From IMG/VR virus record IMGVR_UViG_3300005512_000151, positions 1 through 34,651 of that record: a stretch of DNA of 34,651 bases. The stretch is one strand, 5' to 3'. Source of the stretch: a virus (Duplodnaviria > Caudoviricetes). How positions within the stretch are numbered: position 1 is the first letter of the stretch; each line of letters starts with the position of its first letter. Of the stretch, positions 1-8,279 are shown in pieces. The notes under the pieces are model-generated. The model made no database searches and was not told where the DNA came from. It saw only the letters and a list, made by a program, of their open reading frames with translations. Both the position numbers and the translations under genes were made by a program.

Positions 1-123
1 AGGGTAATCTTGCCCTCGTCAAGCGATTCGCCCAGGCCGTCCATCATCTCTTTTGCAACTTGCGCCTGTGTTGCGCCTTTCAGGCTTTCAGCCAATCCCC
101 AATAACCCTGTGCGGCGTCAATG
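1..123. repeat. Terminal direct repeat (copy 1), circular-assembly overlap
   Basis: Bases 1-123 (agggtaatct...gcgtcaatg) are identical to 34529-34651; the repeat falls inside a reading frame that continues across the junction. Confidence 0.97.
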
Positions 124-1382
124 ACCTTTCCTTGTTGTTCAGCCAATGCGTTGGCTAATTCTTCCTGTGCGCGTTTATCGTTGTCAGCGGCGGCGGCGGC
201 GGATTGCTGCGCTCCTGCAAGTTTATCTGTCTCTCCGGTGTAATCAACAAACGCGGCGGCTTGTTCTTCGATCGCTGTCGTTCCATCGCGAACGATAGAA
301 TTAAAATACTCAGACCGTTGCGCCATGATGAACTGGGCTTCTGACCGTAGGCCGAATTTTTCAGTCAGTTCATCAGACCATTTACCAGCCTCGATATCTG
401 TCAGTATCCAATCTCTTGTGGCCTCTGCTAGTTCTCCGGTTCTTACATACGCGTCAAGCGTTGCAGTAGCATATTCGTCATATGATCTCGCTGTACTGAG
501 GACGGTTTGTTCTTGCTCGTCAAATGCCGCGTCCAGTCTCTCCGTCCACGTCATCAGCAACTCGATAGCCGTAAACGCCCGCGTCAATGCTGGCTCTAGT
601 TTGGCGGTGAAGGCGTCGGCCATGTTCTTAGCGCTGGCTGATAATCTCGTATAGGCGTCTGTTGCGCTGTCGGTCGTGCCGCCGACCTGCTCTATCAGGG
701 TATTGCCTGCTTCAAGGGTGGCGTTGAGTAGCGCTTGTTTCTGTTCGGCGGCGGTCAGTTCCTCGACTGATTTCCCTAACTGTGCAGCATAGGCGGCGTT
801 GGCTTCTCCGACCTTGACAGTCAGTCCCAGGTTATCCAGTATCAACGGAGACGCCCGCTTGATACCAGTCGCTAAACTGTTGTACATATGGGTCGTATCG
901 CCCAATGCCGGGTTTAGCTTGTTGGCGGCCTTTGCGATTTCCATCAGTTGCGGCGTTGCATCCGCTAAACTCTTAGCGAGGTCGCCTTCTGCACCGGCTA
1001 ACAGGGTCGCCGTACTGGACATCAAGTCCATCTGTGTGATCGTGCCTTTGCTGGCCTCGGTCAACTGGTCGAGCAGGTCAGACGATGCGCCGACCTTGTC
1101 AATCAGCATATCAAAGGATTCGGCGGTCTGTTTGATCTCCGCGCCGCGTTGCCCGAACTCAAACGCCCCCTTGAATACAGCGGCGGCGGCGGCTGCACCG
1201 GCGGCCATGCCGCCCAGCGCGCTGGTCAGATTGCCGACCGACAAACTCATGCCCTTTGTTTCGGTCGATGCGCTCTTGGTGGATTTATCCAACCCGCCCA
1301 ACGCCTGTTCGGTCTTTTTCAGATCACCAAGCGCCTTGTTGACCTCTGATTTTATGAGTAGCTTGATTTCGCCGTCAGCCAT
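1..1382 (-). CDS. Tail tape measure protein, N-terminal part (continues across the junction into 34528..33688; ~740 aa total)
   Basis: Not in the ORF track because it runs off the window edge. Manual translation from ATG 1382 gives MADGEIKLLIKSEVNKALGDLKKTEQ...ATGIKRASPLILDNLGL..., Ala/Gly-rich and helical, in frame with ORF 33688..34623; it follows the tail chaperone genes. Confidence 0.9.
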   Translation of the reverse strand, partial: MADGEIKLLIKSEVNKALGDLKKTEQALGGLDKSTKSASTETKGMSLSVGNLTSALGGMAAGAAAAAAVFKGAFEFGQRGAEIKQTAESFDMLIDKVGASSDLLDQLTEASKGTITQMDLMSSTATLLAGAEGDLAKSLADATPQLMEIAKAANKLNPALGDTTHMYNSLATGIKRASPLILDNLGLTVKVGEANAAYAAQLGKSVEELTAAEQKQALLNATLEAGNTLIEQVGGTTDSATDAYTRLSASAKNMADAFTAKLEPALTRAFTAIELLMTWTERLDAAFDEQEQTVLSTARSYDEYATATLDAYVRTGELAEATRDWILTDIEAGKWSDELTEKFGLRSEAQFIMAQRSEYFNSIVRDGTTAIEEQAAAFVDYTGETDKLAGAQQSAAAAADNDKRAQEELANALAEQQGKVIDAAQGYWGLAESLKGATQAQVAKEMMDGLGESLDEGKIT

Positions 1383-1656
1383 CGTTATAAATCCTTTGCG
1401 CCGTCATCAGTAGTTCGTTCTGTTCCGGGTGGCTCTTTGCCCAGGTCGCCCAATTGTTTGACGCTGCCCGGCTCTGGTATGCCTGTATGATGTACTCAGC
1501 AATCTGCATGCGGCGTATCTCTCCATAACCAAGCGGTCTACCGTAGACATTCGCCGCCCCGAACTTTTGACACGCCATGAGTAGATGATATTCTTCCGGC
1601 GCCCCTTGCCCGTCGCCATCGGCGTAACCGTAGGCGCGGGCTATCAGTCGTTTGGG
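1375..1656 (-). CDS. Tail assembly chaperone, frameshift (gpT-like) extension
   Basis: The -1 frame is open from the slippery site CCCAAAC through ORF 1375..1578 (RLIARAYGYADGDGQGAPEEYHLLMACQKFG...YNDG) and lies directly before the tape measure gene. Confidence 0.8.
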   Translation of the reverse strand, partial: PKRLIARAYGYADGDGQGAPEEYHLLMACQKFGAANVYGRPLGYGEIRRMQIAEYIIQAYQSRAASNNWATWAKSHPEQNELLMTAQRIYNDG

Positions 1657-1973
1657 ACTGTTTCCTCACCGGTTATCACCTTATTGACCTCTGACAACGC
1701 CCACAATAGCAAATCCACCACCGCACGACGCGGTGATGCCGGGAATTGTTCAGGGTCTCGGTTCTCAAACCCAGGCACATCAAACGCATCCAGGCAGGCG
1801 CAAACCGCCGCCCAGGCTTTGTATTCCTGGGCAACGTTGTCGCCGTCCTCGTGCGCCTGGTCGCTCTCACCCATCAGCCGCCGATACTTTACATATTGCG
1901 GATATAGTACCGGCTGGCTGATGGTGATAGACCCAGGTAACACCTCAATGGGTGACTTGACTGTTTTAGACAT
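1644..1973 (-). CDS. Tail assembly chaperone (gpG-like)
   Basis: 109 aa, between the tail tube and tape measure genes, ending in a slippery site. Confidence 0.8.
   Translation of the reverse strand: MSKTVKSPIEVLPGSITISQPVLYPQYVKYRRLMGESDQAHEDGDNVAQEYKAWAAVCACLDAFDVPGFENRDPEQFPASPRRAVVDLLLWALSEVNKVITGEETVPND
1650..1656 (-). promoter_or_regulatory. Programmed -1 ribosomal frameshift site C CCA AAC
   Basis: X XXY YYZ heptamer in the correct phase, one codon before the stop of 1644..1973. A GC-rich stem (GCCCG-CGCC...GGCG-A-CGGGC) starts 8 nt downstream. Confidence 0.82.
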
Positions 1974-1976
1974 AGG

Positions 1977-2462
1977 TTAGCTTTCCGCTGCCGTACCCCA
2001 TGCAGGTGCAGCCGATCCAGGGAACATATTGAAGCGGGCGGAGTATTTGCCAGCATTGATGTCAACGGCGTAATTGGTGCAGATGAAGCCGCTGGTTGCA
2101 CTGGAGGTAATACCGAACTGCGGTTCTCCGCTTTCCCAGGCATGCCGGATACCAATCTGGATATCGAGCGATAGTGGGGTATTGCCGCCATTGATACCGG
2201 ATAGTACCGTGTGACTGCCTGATAGCGTGCCGGCGGCGGCGACGGCGGTGTTATCAAATGGGCCGGTGATCTCGATCTGACAGGTGGGGGTATCGGGTAA
2301 CACGCCCCGGATTGCATCTTGGAAAGCGGTCAAATCAACCTGTGCATAATCCAGCCCGACGCCGTTGATACTATCCACCGGGATTGATCGCAGCGTCCCG
2401 CCGCTATCATCGACGATGAAGTCAATCCATCTTGAAACTGTCCTACCTGTTTGTGCTGTCAT
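1977..2462 (-). CDS. Major tail tube protein (putative)
   Basis: 161 aa, beta-rich, Gly/Thr/Ala-rich; strong RBS (GAGGAG); canonical position before the chaperone. Confidence 0.72.
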   Translation of the reverse strand: MTAQTGRTVSRWIDFIVDDSGGTLRSIPVDSINGVGLDYAQVDLTAFQDAIRGVLPDTPTCQIEITGPFDNTAVAAAGTLSGSHTVLSGINGGNTPLSLDIQIGIRHAWESGEPQFGITSSATSGFICTNYAVDINAGKYSARFNMFPGSAAPAWGTAAES

Positions 2463-2475
2463 AGTTTATCTCCTC

Positions 2476-3240
2476 TTAGCCTCTGACAAATGTCAGGGCA
2501 AACGTGACTGATGTGATGCCCGATAGGCTGATCTGCCAGCGGGTGAATTGTTTTATAGTGGCGTTGGTTGCGGCCTGCGCAATTCCTGCCACTGGTACGG
2601 CTGTGTGTGCAATTGCGCCGCTGGTCAGCCCGGTGACGTTGGTAAATGACCCGTCAGCGGTGTCGCAATCCTGAACGGTGATAGTGACATCGCCAGTCCC
2701 GGACACAGCGAAGATGTGATAGGCCATGAAGCCGCCAGCGGTGGTCTGTGCGCCGCCGTCTAAACCATCAGCGGCGTTTACGTCTGTTTCTGCACCGTAG
2801 GGGTGGAGTAACATTCCCCATGCTTTTTCATAGGCCAGCGATGCCGGGCGTTGTGGATGCCAGGGAACGGTAGCCGATACCATGCCGTCACCCGGCACGG
2901 CCATATAACCACCCTGGCCGAACTTACCGCAAAAACACGGATCTCCGGCGGCGGGTGCAGCCTGGATACCAATCGGGATTGACACAACGTGTTCCGTTCC
3001 CTCTGTTCCGCTCAAGACGGCGGTGATATCGTTGGCGACGCCCTGAGAAAATATCCCGTTCAGCGTGCCGATTGATATGGTCGCCTGACCAGGTAGACCG
3101 CCTGCTACACTGTCAGATAATGCACTTTCATCCTGATACGAGTGGGTGATATCAAGCGGGCCGATCTCCCTGGTATAGCCTGAGAGGTCATAACCACCTG
3201 CGTAAATCCTCGCCCATCGTTTGATTGTTCGTCCGGTCAT
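2476..3240 (-). CDS. Tail tube-like protein with extra C-terminal beta domain (paralog of 1977..2462)
   Basis: 254 aa; shares TGRTxxRW, VLSGxxG and IxIGIxxAxxxGxPxF motifs with the downstream gene. Confidence 0.62.
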   Translation of the reverse strand: MTGRTIKRWARIYAGGYDLSGYTREIGPLDITHSYQDESALSDSVAGGLPGQATISIGTLNGIFSQGVANDITAVLSGTEGTEHVVSIPIGIQAAPAAGDPCFCGKFGQGGYMAVPGDGMVSATVPWHPQRPASLAYEKAWGMLLHPYGAETDVNAADGLDGGAQTTAGGFMAYHIFAVSGTGDVTITVQDCDTADGSFTNVTGLTSGAIAHTAVPVAGIAQAATNATIKQFTRWQISLSGITSVTFALTFVRG

Positions 3241-3248
3241 ATGACCTC

Positions 3249-3701
3249 CTAGTTTATAAACTCAGTGACATTCACCGCGATATCGCAGCCGTGAAATAAC
3301 TTGCCGGCAGGGTCTGCGACTGGTCCAAAATTAGCGATACCGCTGACCTGAAATTCCACCGTACCGCCCAGATTATCAGCCCCGATAAACGCCCAGATAA
3401 CCGCCAGGGCATTCGTCACCATCGCCGGGTACTTGTCAAACAATCCCCGACCACTACCTACAGAACTATTGCACAGCCGATAGTTCAGGGTGTACGTCAC
3501 GGTATAGGGCCTGTCGCCAGCGTTGCCGTAAGCATCCGGCTCTACGTTCAGGTTTGTGACTAACCCTAACGGATTGGGAAACAAGCACGGGCAATCCCGA
3601 TCTTCTAGCTTGTCCTGTACCTGGTCGATATCCTTGACTGTCACGCCGGATATAGATAGCTCGCTGATGTTGTCCAGTATCGTGCTGATTGCCGATGCCA
3701 T
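3249..3701 (-). CDS. Tail terminator/completion protein (putative)
   Basis: 150 aa, between the head-tail connector and tail tube genes; C-terminal beta strand (FHGCDIAVNVTE). Confidence 0.55.
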   Translation of the reverse strand: MASAISTILDNISELSISGVTVKDIDQVQDKLEDRDCPCLFPNPLGLVTNLNVEPDAYGNAGDRPYTVTYTLNYRLCNSSVGSGRGLFDKYPAMVTNALAVIWAFIGADNLGGTVEFQVSGIANFGPVADPAGKLFHGCDIAVNVTEFIN

Positions 3702-4289
3702 CTATACCCTCTGTTTCCAGTTGCGGATAATAGCGGCGGCCTTCGCCGGGATGCCAGCAGGGGCAATCACAACGCCCGCCCCGGTGACGGTAGCAGTTCC
3801 GCCTTCGCCTTCGCCGAAACGCTGTTTATAGAACGTTTTTGCTATATCCAGGCAGGCTTGCTTGATATCATCCGGTGCAGTGGCCGCCAATCCCCACGAC
3901 CCCAACACACTGATAACGCCTTCAATGTCTCCATTGGCGTCCTGCGCCCAGGATATCACTGATGATGCCTTGATCCTGATAGCGTTTTTCGGTGTGCTGT
4001 TGCGAGGCAGCAGGTCATAATCATCGCTGCTGATCTCTGTGCCGTCGCCGTTGGTCAGGGTGGTGACGCTTATCAGATCGCCATCTAACTGCAATTCACG
4101 TTCGCCGGTGGCGTCGTAGTAGCGCGTCTCAGTGGCGGCATAAAATCGACGGTTGGTCTGTGCATCAATGTACCGGCTGGCGGCTTCAATGATATCCTCT
4201 ATAACACCGTCATCAGTGGCGTTAGTGCTGGTAATAACGGCGTAGGCTTTGAACTCTGCAAGCGTGCAATATCCATTGGTGATTGCCAC
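3702..4289 (-). CDS. Head-tail connector/adaptor protein (gp6/gp15-like)
   Basis: Motifs YCTLAEFKAY, DDGVIEDIIEAASRYID and PDDIKQACLDIA are typical of connector proteins; GTG start with GAGG RBS. Confidence 0.8.
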   Translation of the reverse strand: MAITNGYCTLAEFKAYAVITSTNATDDGVIEDIIEAASRYIDAQTNRRFYAATETRYYDATGERELQLDGDLISVTTLTNGDGTEISSDDYDLLPRNSTPKNAIRIKASSVISWAQDANGDIEGVISVLGSWGLAATAPDDIKQACLDIAKTFYKQRFGEGEGGTATVTGAGVVIAPAGIPAKAAAIIRNWKQRV

Positions 4290-4296
4290 AACTACC

Positions 4297-4515
4297 TCAT
4301 TTCTTGGTCTTTGACCTTACCGGCGCGGCGGGTGGTGGTTTGCGTCTGGTCGGTGTCGGTTTCGTTTCCGCCTCATCTCGCAAGATAAAAGCACGCCCGG
4401 CATTGTGTAACGCCTGCGCCATACCATCCGGTAACTCTACATATTCACCGGACTGATAATATTGTTCATTCGTCAATACGCCTCGGTAATCTTGACTAAA
4501 TCTAACCTTCTTCAT
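4297..4515 (-). CDS. Small head-module protein with basic Pro/Lys-rich tail
   Basis: 72 aa; YQSGEYVELPDGMAQAL resembles the small proteins commonly found between capsid and connector genes; AAAGG RBS. Confidence 0.55.
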   Translation of the reverse strand: MKKVRFSQDYRGVLTNEQYYQSGEYVELPDGMAQALHNAGRAFILRDEAETKPTPTRRKPPPAAPVRSKTKK

Positions 4516-4527
4516 AGAACAACCTTT

Positions 4528-4899
4528 CTACTCAAAGTAAAAGAGTATGGCGCCGCCAGTTTTGACGCCGCCGCCGCTGGTAACTGCCAGCTTGGGACGA
4601 CCTGCCAGTAATGGCAATGCCCGGTCACCGCCTTGCGTACCGGTCAGGGCTGCGCCTGCCTCGGTGTGCATCAGGTCACGCGGATAATACAGCGCATCGG
4701 TATTGGCGTTGGTCAGGGTCAGTAATGTTTTAGCGGCCTCGTGGTTGATCGTGGAGACTACAGCGTCCACACCATCGGCAAAGTCGCCATCAATCCACTG
4801 CACGGCATACAAGCGTCCCAATACTGCCTCGGTAGCTTCTTTGCTGCCTGTGCCGTCAGTCTCAGTGGTGACTTCCAATCTCATTTCTTTTAGGTTCAT
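4528..4899 (-). CDS. Hypothetical virion structural protein
   Basis: Likely start ATG 4899 overlaps the upstream stop (ATGA); beta-rich, Thr/Gly-rich, in the head module. Confidence 0.5.
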   Translation of the reverse strand: MNLKEMRLEVTTETDGTGSKEATEAVLGRLYAVQWIDGDFADGVDAVVSTINHEAAKTLLTLTNANTDALYYPRDLMHTEAGAALTGTQGGDRALPLLAGRPKLAVTSGGGVKTGGAILFYFE

Positions 4900-5585
4900 A
4901 ATTCGTAGTCCTTCCAATTCCCACGCCTCAAAACGTCCTCAGGTAGGTATGTCTCGCTGGATATGTTGATGATCTGCCCGCCCCGGTCGTACTCAAAGCC
5001 CTTTGCAATTTCAAAGTAACCGCTGGCCCAATCATCTAAATTCGGTATACCTCCGGCGTTCTCATCGTTGCCCCAAAAATGCAGGCTGGGGTTCTTGTGA
5101 TAGATACCCACACATAACAACGTGTCAAACCCCATGAAGATCGCCATCTGCATCAGGACGTGGGTCACGCAATTGAACTGAATACCGTCATCGTTCAAAA
5201 AGTCCCTGGTATATAGCGGCTTATCTGTGCGCGGCCACAATGGGCCGGGACGATGCCGGAAACGGTAGAACAGCGGGCCTTGCCAGTGGTCAAGGTTGGG
5301 CGTCGGTACGAATTTGGGAATGTCCGAATAGGCTTTTTCTACGCCTTCTCTTAGCCAATCCTCGCGCACGATGCGACTATCCACCGCACAGTAATAGGTC
5401 GGTGTAAATCCCTCACGTTCAAACAGTGTATTGCTGCCAAAGGTGACGTGCTGGTTGAGAAAACTATCCGGTATATCAAGCTGACCTGGGCCGTTGCAAA
5501 TAATCACGCACGTTTCCCCGGCGTGGAGATTGTGAAAACCCTCGATTGTGGGGGGATAGTTCCCCCCACGTGTGGGTTTAGTCAT
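4896..5585 (-). CDS. DUF115/Maf (MptE-like, sialyltransferase-like) glycosyltransferase family protein
   Basis: Motifs CVIICNGPG (cf. GNGPSL), TFGSN, PTYYCAVD, MAIFMGFDTLLCVG and IINIS match this Rossmann-like family; the start overlaps the upstream stop. Confidence 0.68.
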   Translation of the reverse strand: MTKPTRGGNYPPTIEGFHNLHAGETCVIICNGPGQLDIPDSFLNQHVTFGSNTLFEREGFTPTYYCAVDSRIVREDWLREGVEKAYSDIPKFVPTPNLDHWQGPLFYRFRHRPGPLWPRTDKPLYTRDFLNDDGIQFNCVTHVLMQMAIFMGFDTLLCVGIYHKNPSLHFWGNDENAGGIPNLDDWASGYFEIAKGFEYDRGGQIINISSETYLPEDVLRRGNWKDYEL

Positions 5586-5982
5586 TGAACGAGTAGAGGA
5601 CAACAACACGGTACTTTCCCGCTTCGGTGGCAGCTATGCCGGTATGACGTACTGCAATCATGCCGCCAGCCGCCACGCTTGGGTTGACCAGGGTCATTGA
5701 TGTGGTGTCGCCGACTGCCTGAGATACCTCAAGGGCCGTAGCCGCCACGATCTGCGCGCCGCCAACGGCTGTCCCGATCTTGGCGTTTGCGCTGGCTGCG
5801 CCTGTGGTGTCGGTGGCCTCGGTGTAGTAGATGTATGCCTTCTCAATGGTCAGCGCCCGGTCAGTCACCAGGATAACTTCATCCAGGGTCGTACCTGACC
5901 CGTTGTCAATGTTGATATCGGCAGACATAGCAACGTTCAAAACCTTGTTGCTAGTTGGTTTGATGTTCAGTAATCCGCTCAT
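5578..5982 (-). CDS. Capsid decoration/cement protein (putative)
   Basis: 134 aa, Ala/Thr/Val-rich beta protein directly after the major capsid gene; strong RBS AAAGGAG. Confidence 0.6.
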   Translation of the reverse strand: MSGLLNIKPTSNKVLNVAMSADINIDNGSGTTLDEVILVTDRALTIEKAYIYYTEATDTTGAASANAKIGTAVGGAQIVAATALEVSQAVGDTTSMTLVNPSVAAGGMIAVRHTGIAATEAGKYRVVVLYSFND

Positions 5983-6001
5983 CTTTTTACTCCTTTCGTA
6001 T

Positions 6002-6025
6002 GTGGGGCGGTTTGACCCGCCCCAC
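6002..6025 (-). terminator. GC-rich hairpin after the capsid gene (stabiliser or weak terminator)
   Basis: GTGGGGCGG-GTCAAA-CCGCCCCAC, a perfect 9-bp stem with no U-tract. Confidence 0.5.
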
Positions 6026-6038
6026 TCACTAAATAAAC

Positions 6039-8201
6039 TTATACGGTGATGTTGTAGGAGATGGCGGAGGCTTCGGTGTCACGCTGGGCAAGGCCAACGG
6101 TCATCAGTGCAACAATCTCGTTGCTGTCGCTGCGGGCGGTGCGTTCGGTCTCCATCGTCATGCGCCGCTGGAAACCGAGTGTCCACTGATCCCAACGTAC
6201 GGCCAGGATTGCGCCGGTTGTGTTGTTACCAGCGGTGTCAACGTCGCATTTGCCGGAGGTGTTAGCCTTGCGGCTGGCCTGGACGAAGTGCATGTTCGGG
6301 CTGGTGTAGACTTCGTACCCGTACATATTGACCAGTTGCCCGTTCTCGATGGTAGGCATGGAGTAGACATCCCGTGACTTGACCTCGGGCAGTTCCTTTG
6401 CCTTCCAGTGAGTGTTGACATCGAGAATAAACCCGACCTTCATCACGTCGAGGGCATTGATGCCAGCAGTCCCCATCAGCTTGACAGTTTCAAGAAAGTC
6501 CTCAGCGGTCAAAACGCCGCCGTCACGACTGTTAGCTGTGGTCGTAACCAGGCAGGATTTGCGAAAACCGTCAAACAGTAAGAAGGCCTCAGTACCGGCA
6601 GGCGTGCCTGCAATGTCATTGATGTTAGCGTTTGTGGTGGCTACGGTGTCGCCGTCGATAATGGCATGCTCAAGGTAGTTAGAGCCGGAGGCCTCCAGCT
6701 GGCGGCGGAGTTGCGAGGCGAACGGGATTAGTGACCGTTCGCTGAGTTCACCACTCCAGACGGTGCGAGCGCCCATTTTAGCGAGGGACAGCGTTTTCTT
6801 GCCAGTTCCCACACGTGAGGCGGTAACAGTAGCGTCAGGCGTCAGGGTGGTGGCGTTCAGATCGGCAGCTTCGGCGACCTTGTAAAACACCGGATCGGTG
6901 CTTTCCAGCGGGAGGTTGATGCTCTCATAACCGGCAGGTACTTCGATCTGCGGCAGTTTGCTGGCAACAAAAGTATTCACACGAATACTTTCCCAAAGTG
7001 CGTTCGAGTAAGCCACGCCGACCCATTCATCGCCGTAACTGGCGAGGGTTGAGTAGTCCAGCTCATCGGACTTGACCGCCATGCCTTTGCTGCGCAGTTC
7101 ATTCATACCATCGCGGGCATATTTGGCAGCGTTGCCGCCGGTGACCTGGTTGGGGTCGTAGTGCTTTTCATCGGCCTCCATGCGGATCGCCAGTGATTTC
7201 AATGCCTGCGGTGACGGGCCAGGTTTGCCGCGTTCCTGTTCGGCCAGCAATACGCCAGCCATGACCGCCAGGTCTGCGCCGTTCAAGTTGTCATATGGTT
7301 TCAGGTCTGCGAACTTGGCGACATAGGGAGCGCCCTTGTCAGACGGGAGGCGGTTATTCTTTGCGGCTTCGGCTTCCCATTTTTCTTTTTCGGCCTTGAT
7401 GGCGGCTTCAATCGCTTCGGCTTTTTCGGCCTCGGATTTGGCCTCGGATTTGGCGGCGGCGGCCTGTGCTTCACGGTCGGCCTTCAATGCGGCGGCGACT
7501 GCTTCGGCGGTCTTTTCGGCTATTTGTGCTTCTAACTCTTTATCCATGATTTTTTTATTCTCCTTCTCGGATTTGATTTGGTTGGGTTGTTTGCCATCCA
7601 TCGCACCCGGCGACCCATCCGGCAGCGTATCGGCTGGCTTCGGGTCGGCTTCGTCTTCCTGGATGTTGGTTACAAATTCAGGCAGGTTGATACCTGCGGA
7701 CTGATACATTGAGCGCATAGCGGGCAACGCTACGGCATATTGGTTTGCGGGCTGGCGTCCCTCGCCGGTGTCGAATAGGCTGATTTCAGCCAGTGGCCAG
7801 TTGAGTATTTCCCCATTGGCGGCAGTGCGTACCAGGTGGGCGATACTGCCAGATGATGCTTTCGCTAACCCCTCTTTGGCGGCCTCCCAGACACGCTTCG
7901 CCATCTCGCTAACTGCGTTCAGGGCCACACGATACCAGACGCCATCCTCGCGCACTTCGTGAGATATCGCCTTGCCAATAATCTCTGGTTCGCCCATCGG
8001 TTGACCGTCTGGACCTAAGCCGTGATAGTAGACAATCAAGGGGTCGAGTTGGTCATCATATAGGGCGGTGCGCTTGCTGAAATATTCCCCCTGGCTATCG
8101 CGCCCATTAGCATGCCCACCGAAAGGTACAGCTAAAACGTCTAGCTGCCATTCTCCGTTATCCGCTTTGATTACGTTGATCTTAAACACGAAAACGCCCA
8201 T
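6039..8201 (-). CDS. Prohead protease - scaffold/delta domain - HK97-fold major capsid protein fusion
   Basis: N-terminal protease motifs (RDSQGEYF, YYHG, DGVW, SSGS, WPLAEISL, PAN), an Ala/Glu/Lys coiled coil, then capsid motifs (SGELSERS, AIIDGD, MYGYEVYTS). The start may be GTG 8189; there is an internal RBS+ATG at 7547. Confidence 0.9.
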   Translation of the reverse strand: MGVFVFKINVIKADNGEWQLDVLAVPFGGHANGRDSQGEYFSKRTALYDDQLDPLIVYYHGLGPDGQPMGEPEIIGKAISHEVREDGVWYRVALNAVSEMAKRVWEAAKEGLAKASSGSIAHLVRTAANGEILNWPLAEISLFDTGEGRQPANQYAVALPAMRSMYQSAGINLPEFVTNIQEDEADPKPADTLPDGSPGAMDGKQPNQIKSEKENKKIMDKELEAQIAEKTAEAVAAALKADREAQAAAAKSEAKSEAEKAEAIEAAIKAEKEKWEAEAAKNNRLPSDKGAPYVAKFADLKPYDNLNGADLAVMAGVLLAEQERGKPGPSPQALKSLAIRMEADEKHYDPNQVTGGNAAKYARDGMNELRSKGMAVKSDELDYSTLASYGDEWVGVAYSNALWESIRVNTFVASKLPQIEVPAGYESINLPLESTDPVFYKVAEAADLNATTLTPDATVTASRVGTGKKTLSLAKMGARTVWSGELSERSLIPFASQLRRQLEASGSNYLEHAIIDGDTVATTNANINDIAGTPAGTEAFLLFDGFRKSCLVTTTANSRDGGVLTAEDFLETVKLMGTAGINALDVMKVGFILDVNTHWKAKELPEVKSRDVYSMPTIENGQLVNMYGYEVYTSPNMHFVQASRKANTSGKCDVDTAGNNTTGAILAVRWDQWTLGFQRRMTMETERTARSDSNEIVALMTVGLAQRDTEASAISYNITV

Positions 8202-8219
8202 CCTTGATAGATGGGCGTT
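8189..8219 (-). terminator. Terminator-like hairpin overlapping the capsid-gene RBS/start
   Basis: AACGCCCATC-TATCAAG-GATGGGCGTT, a perfect 10-bp stem followed by TTCGTGTTT. Confidence 0.6.
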
Positions 8220-8279
8220 AGACGGGCATCCTGTGATTTTTGCGAGACCCTGACGGGTGGCGCATATAGCTAACTTGTT

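Noticed and set aside
325-1413. Plus-strand ORFs 325..654 and 799..1413, and all other plus-strand ORFs in the track
   Set aside because: They are antisense shadows of well-supported minus-strand genes, with no RBS or recognisable motifs.
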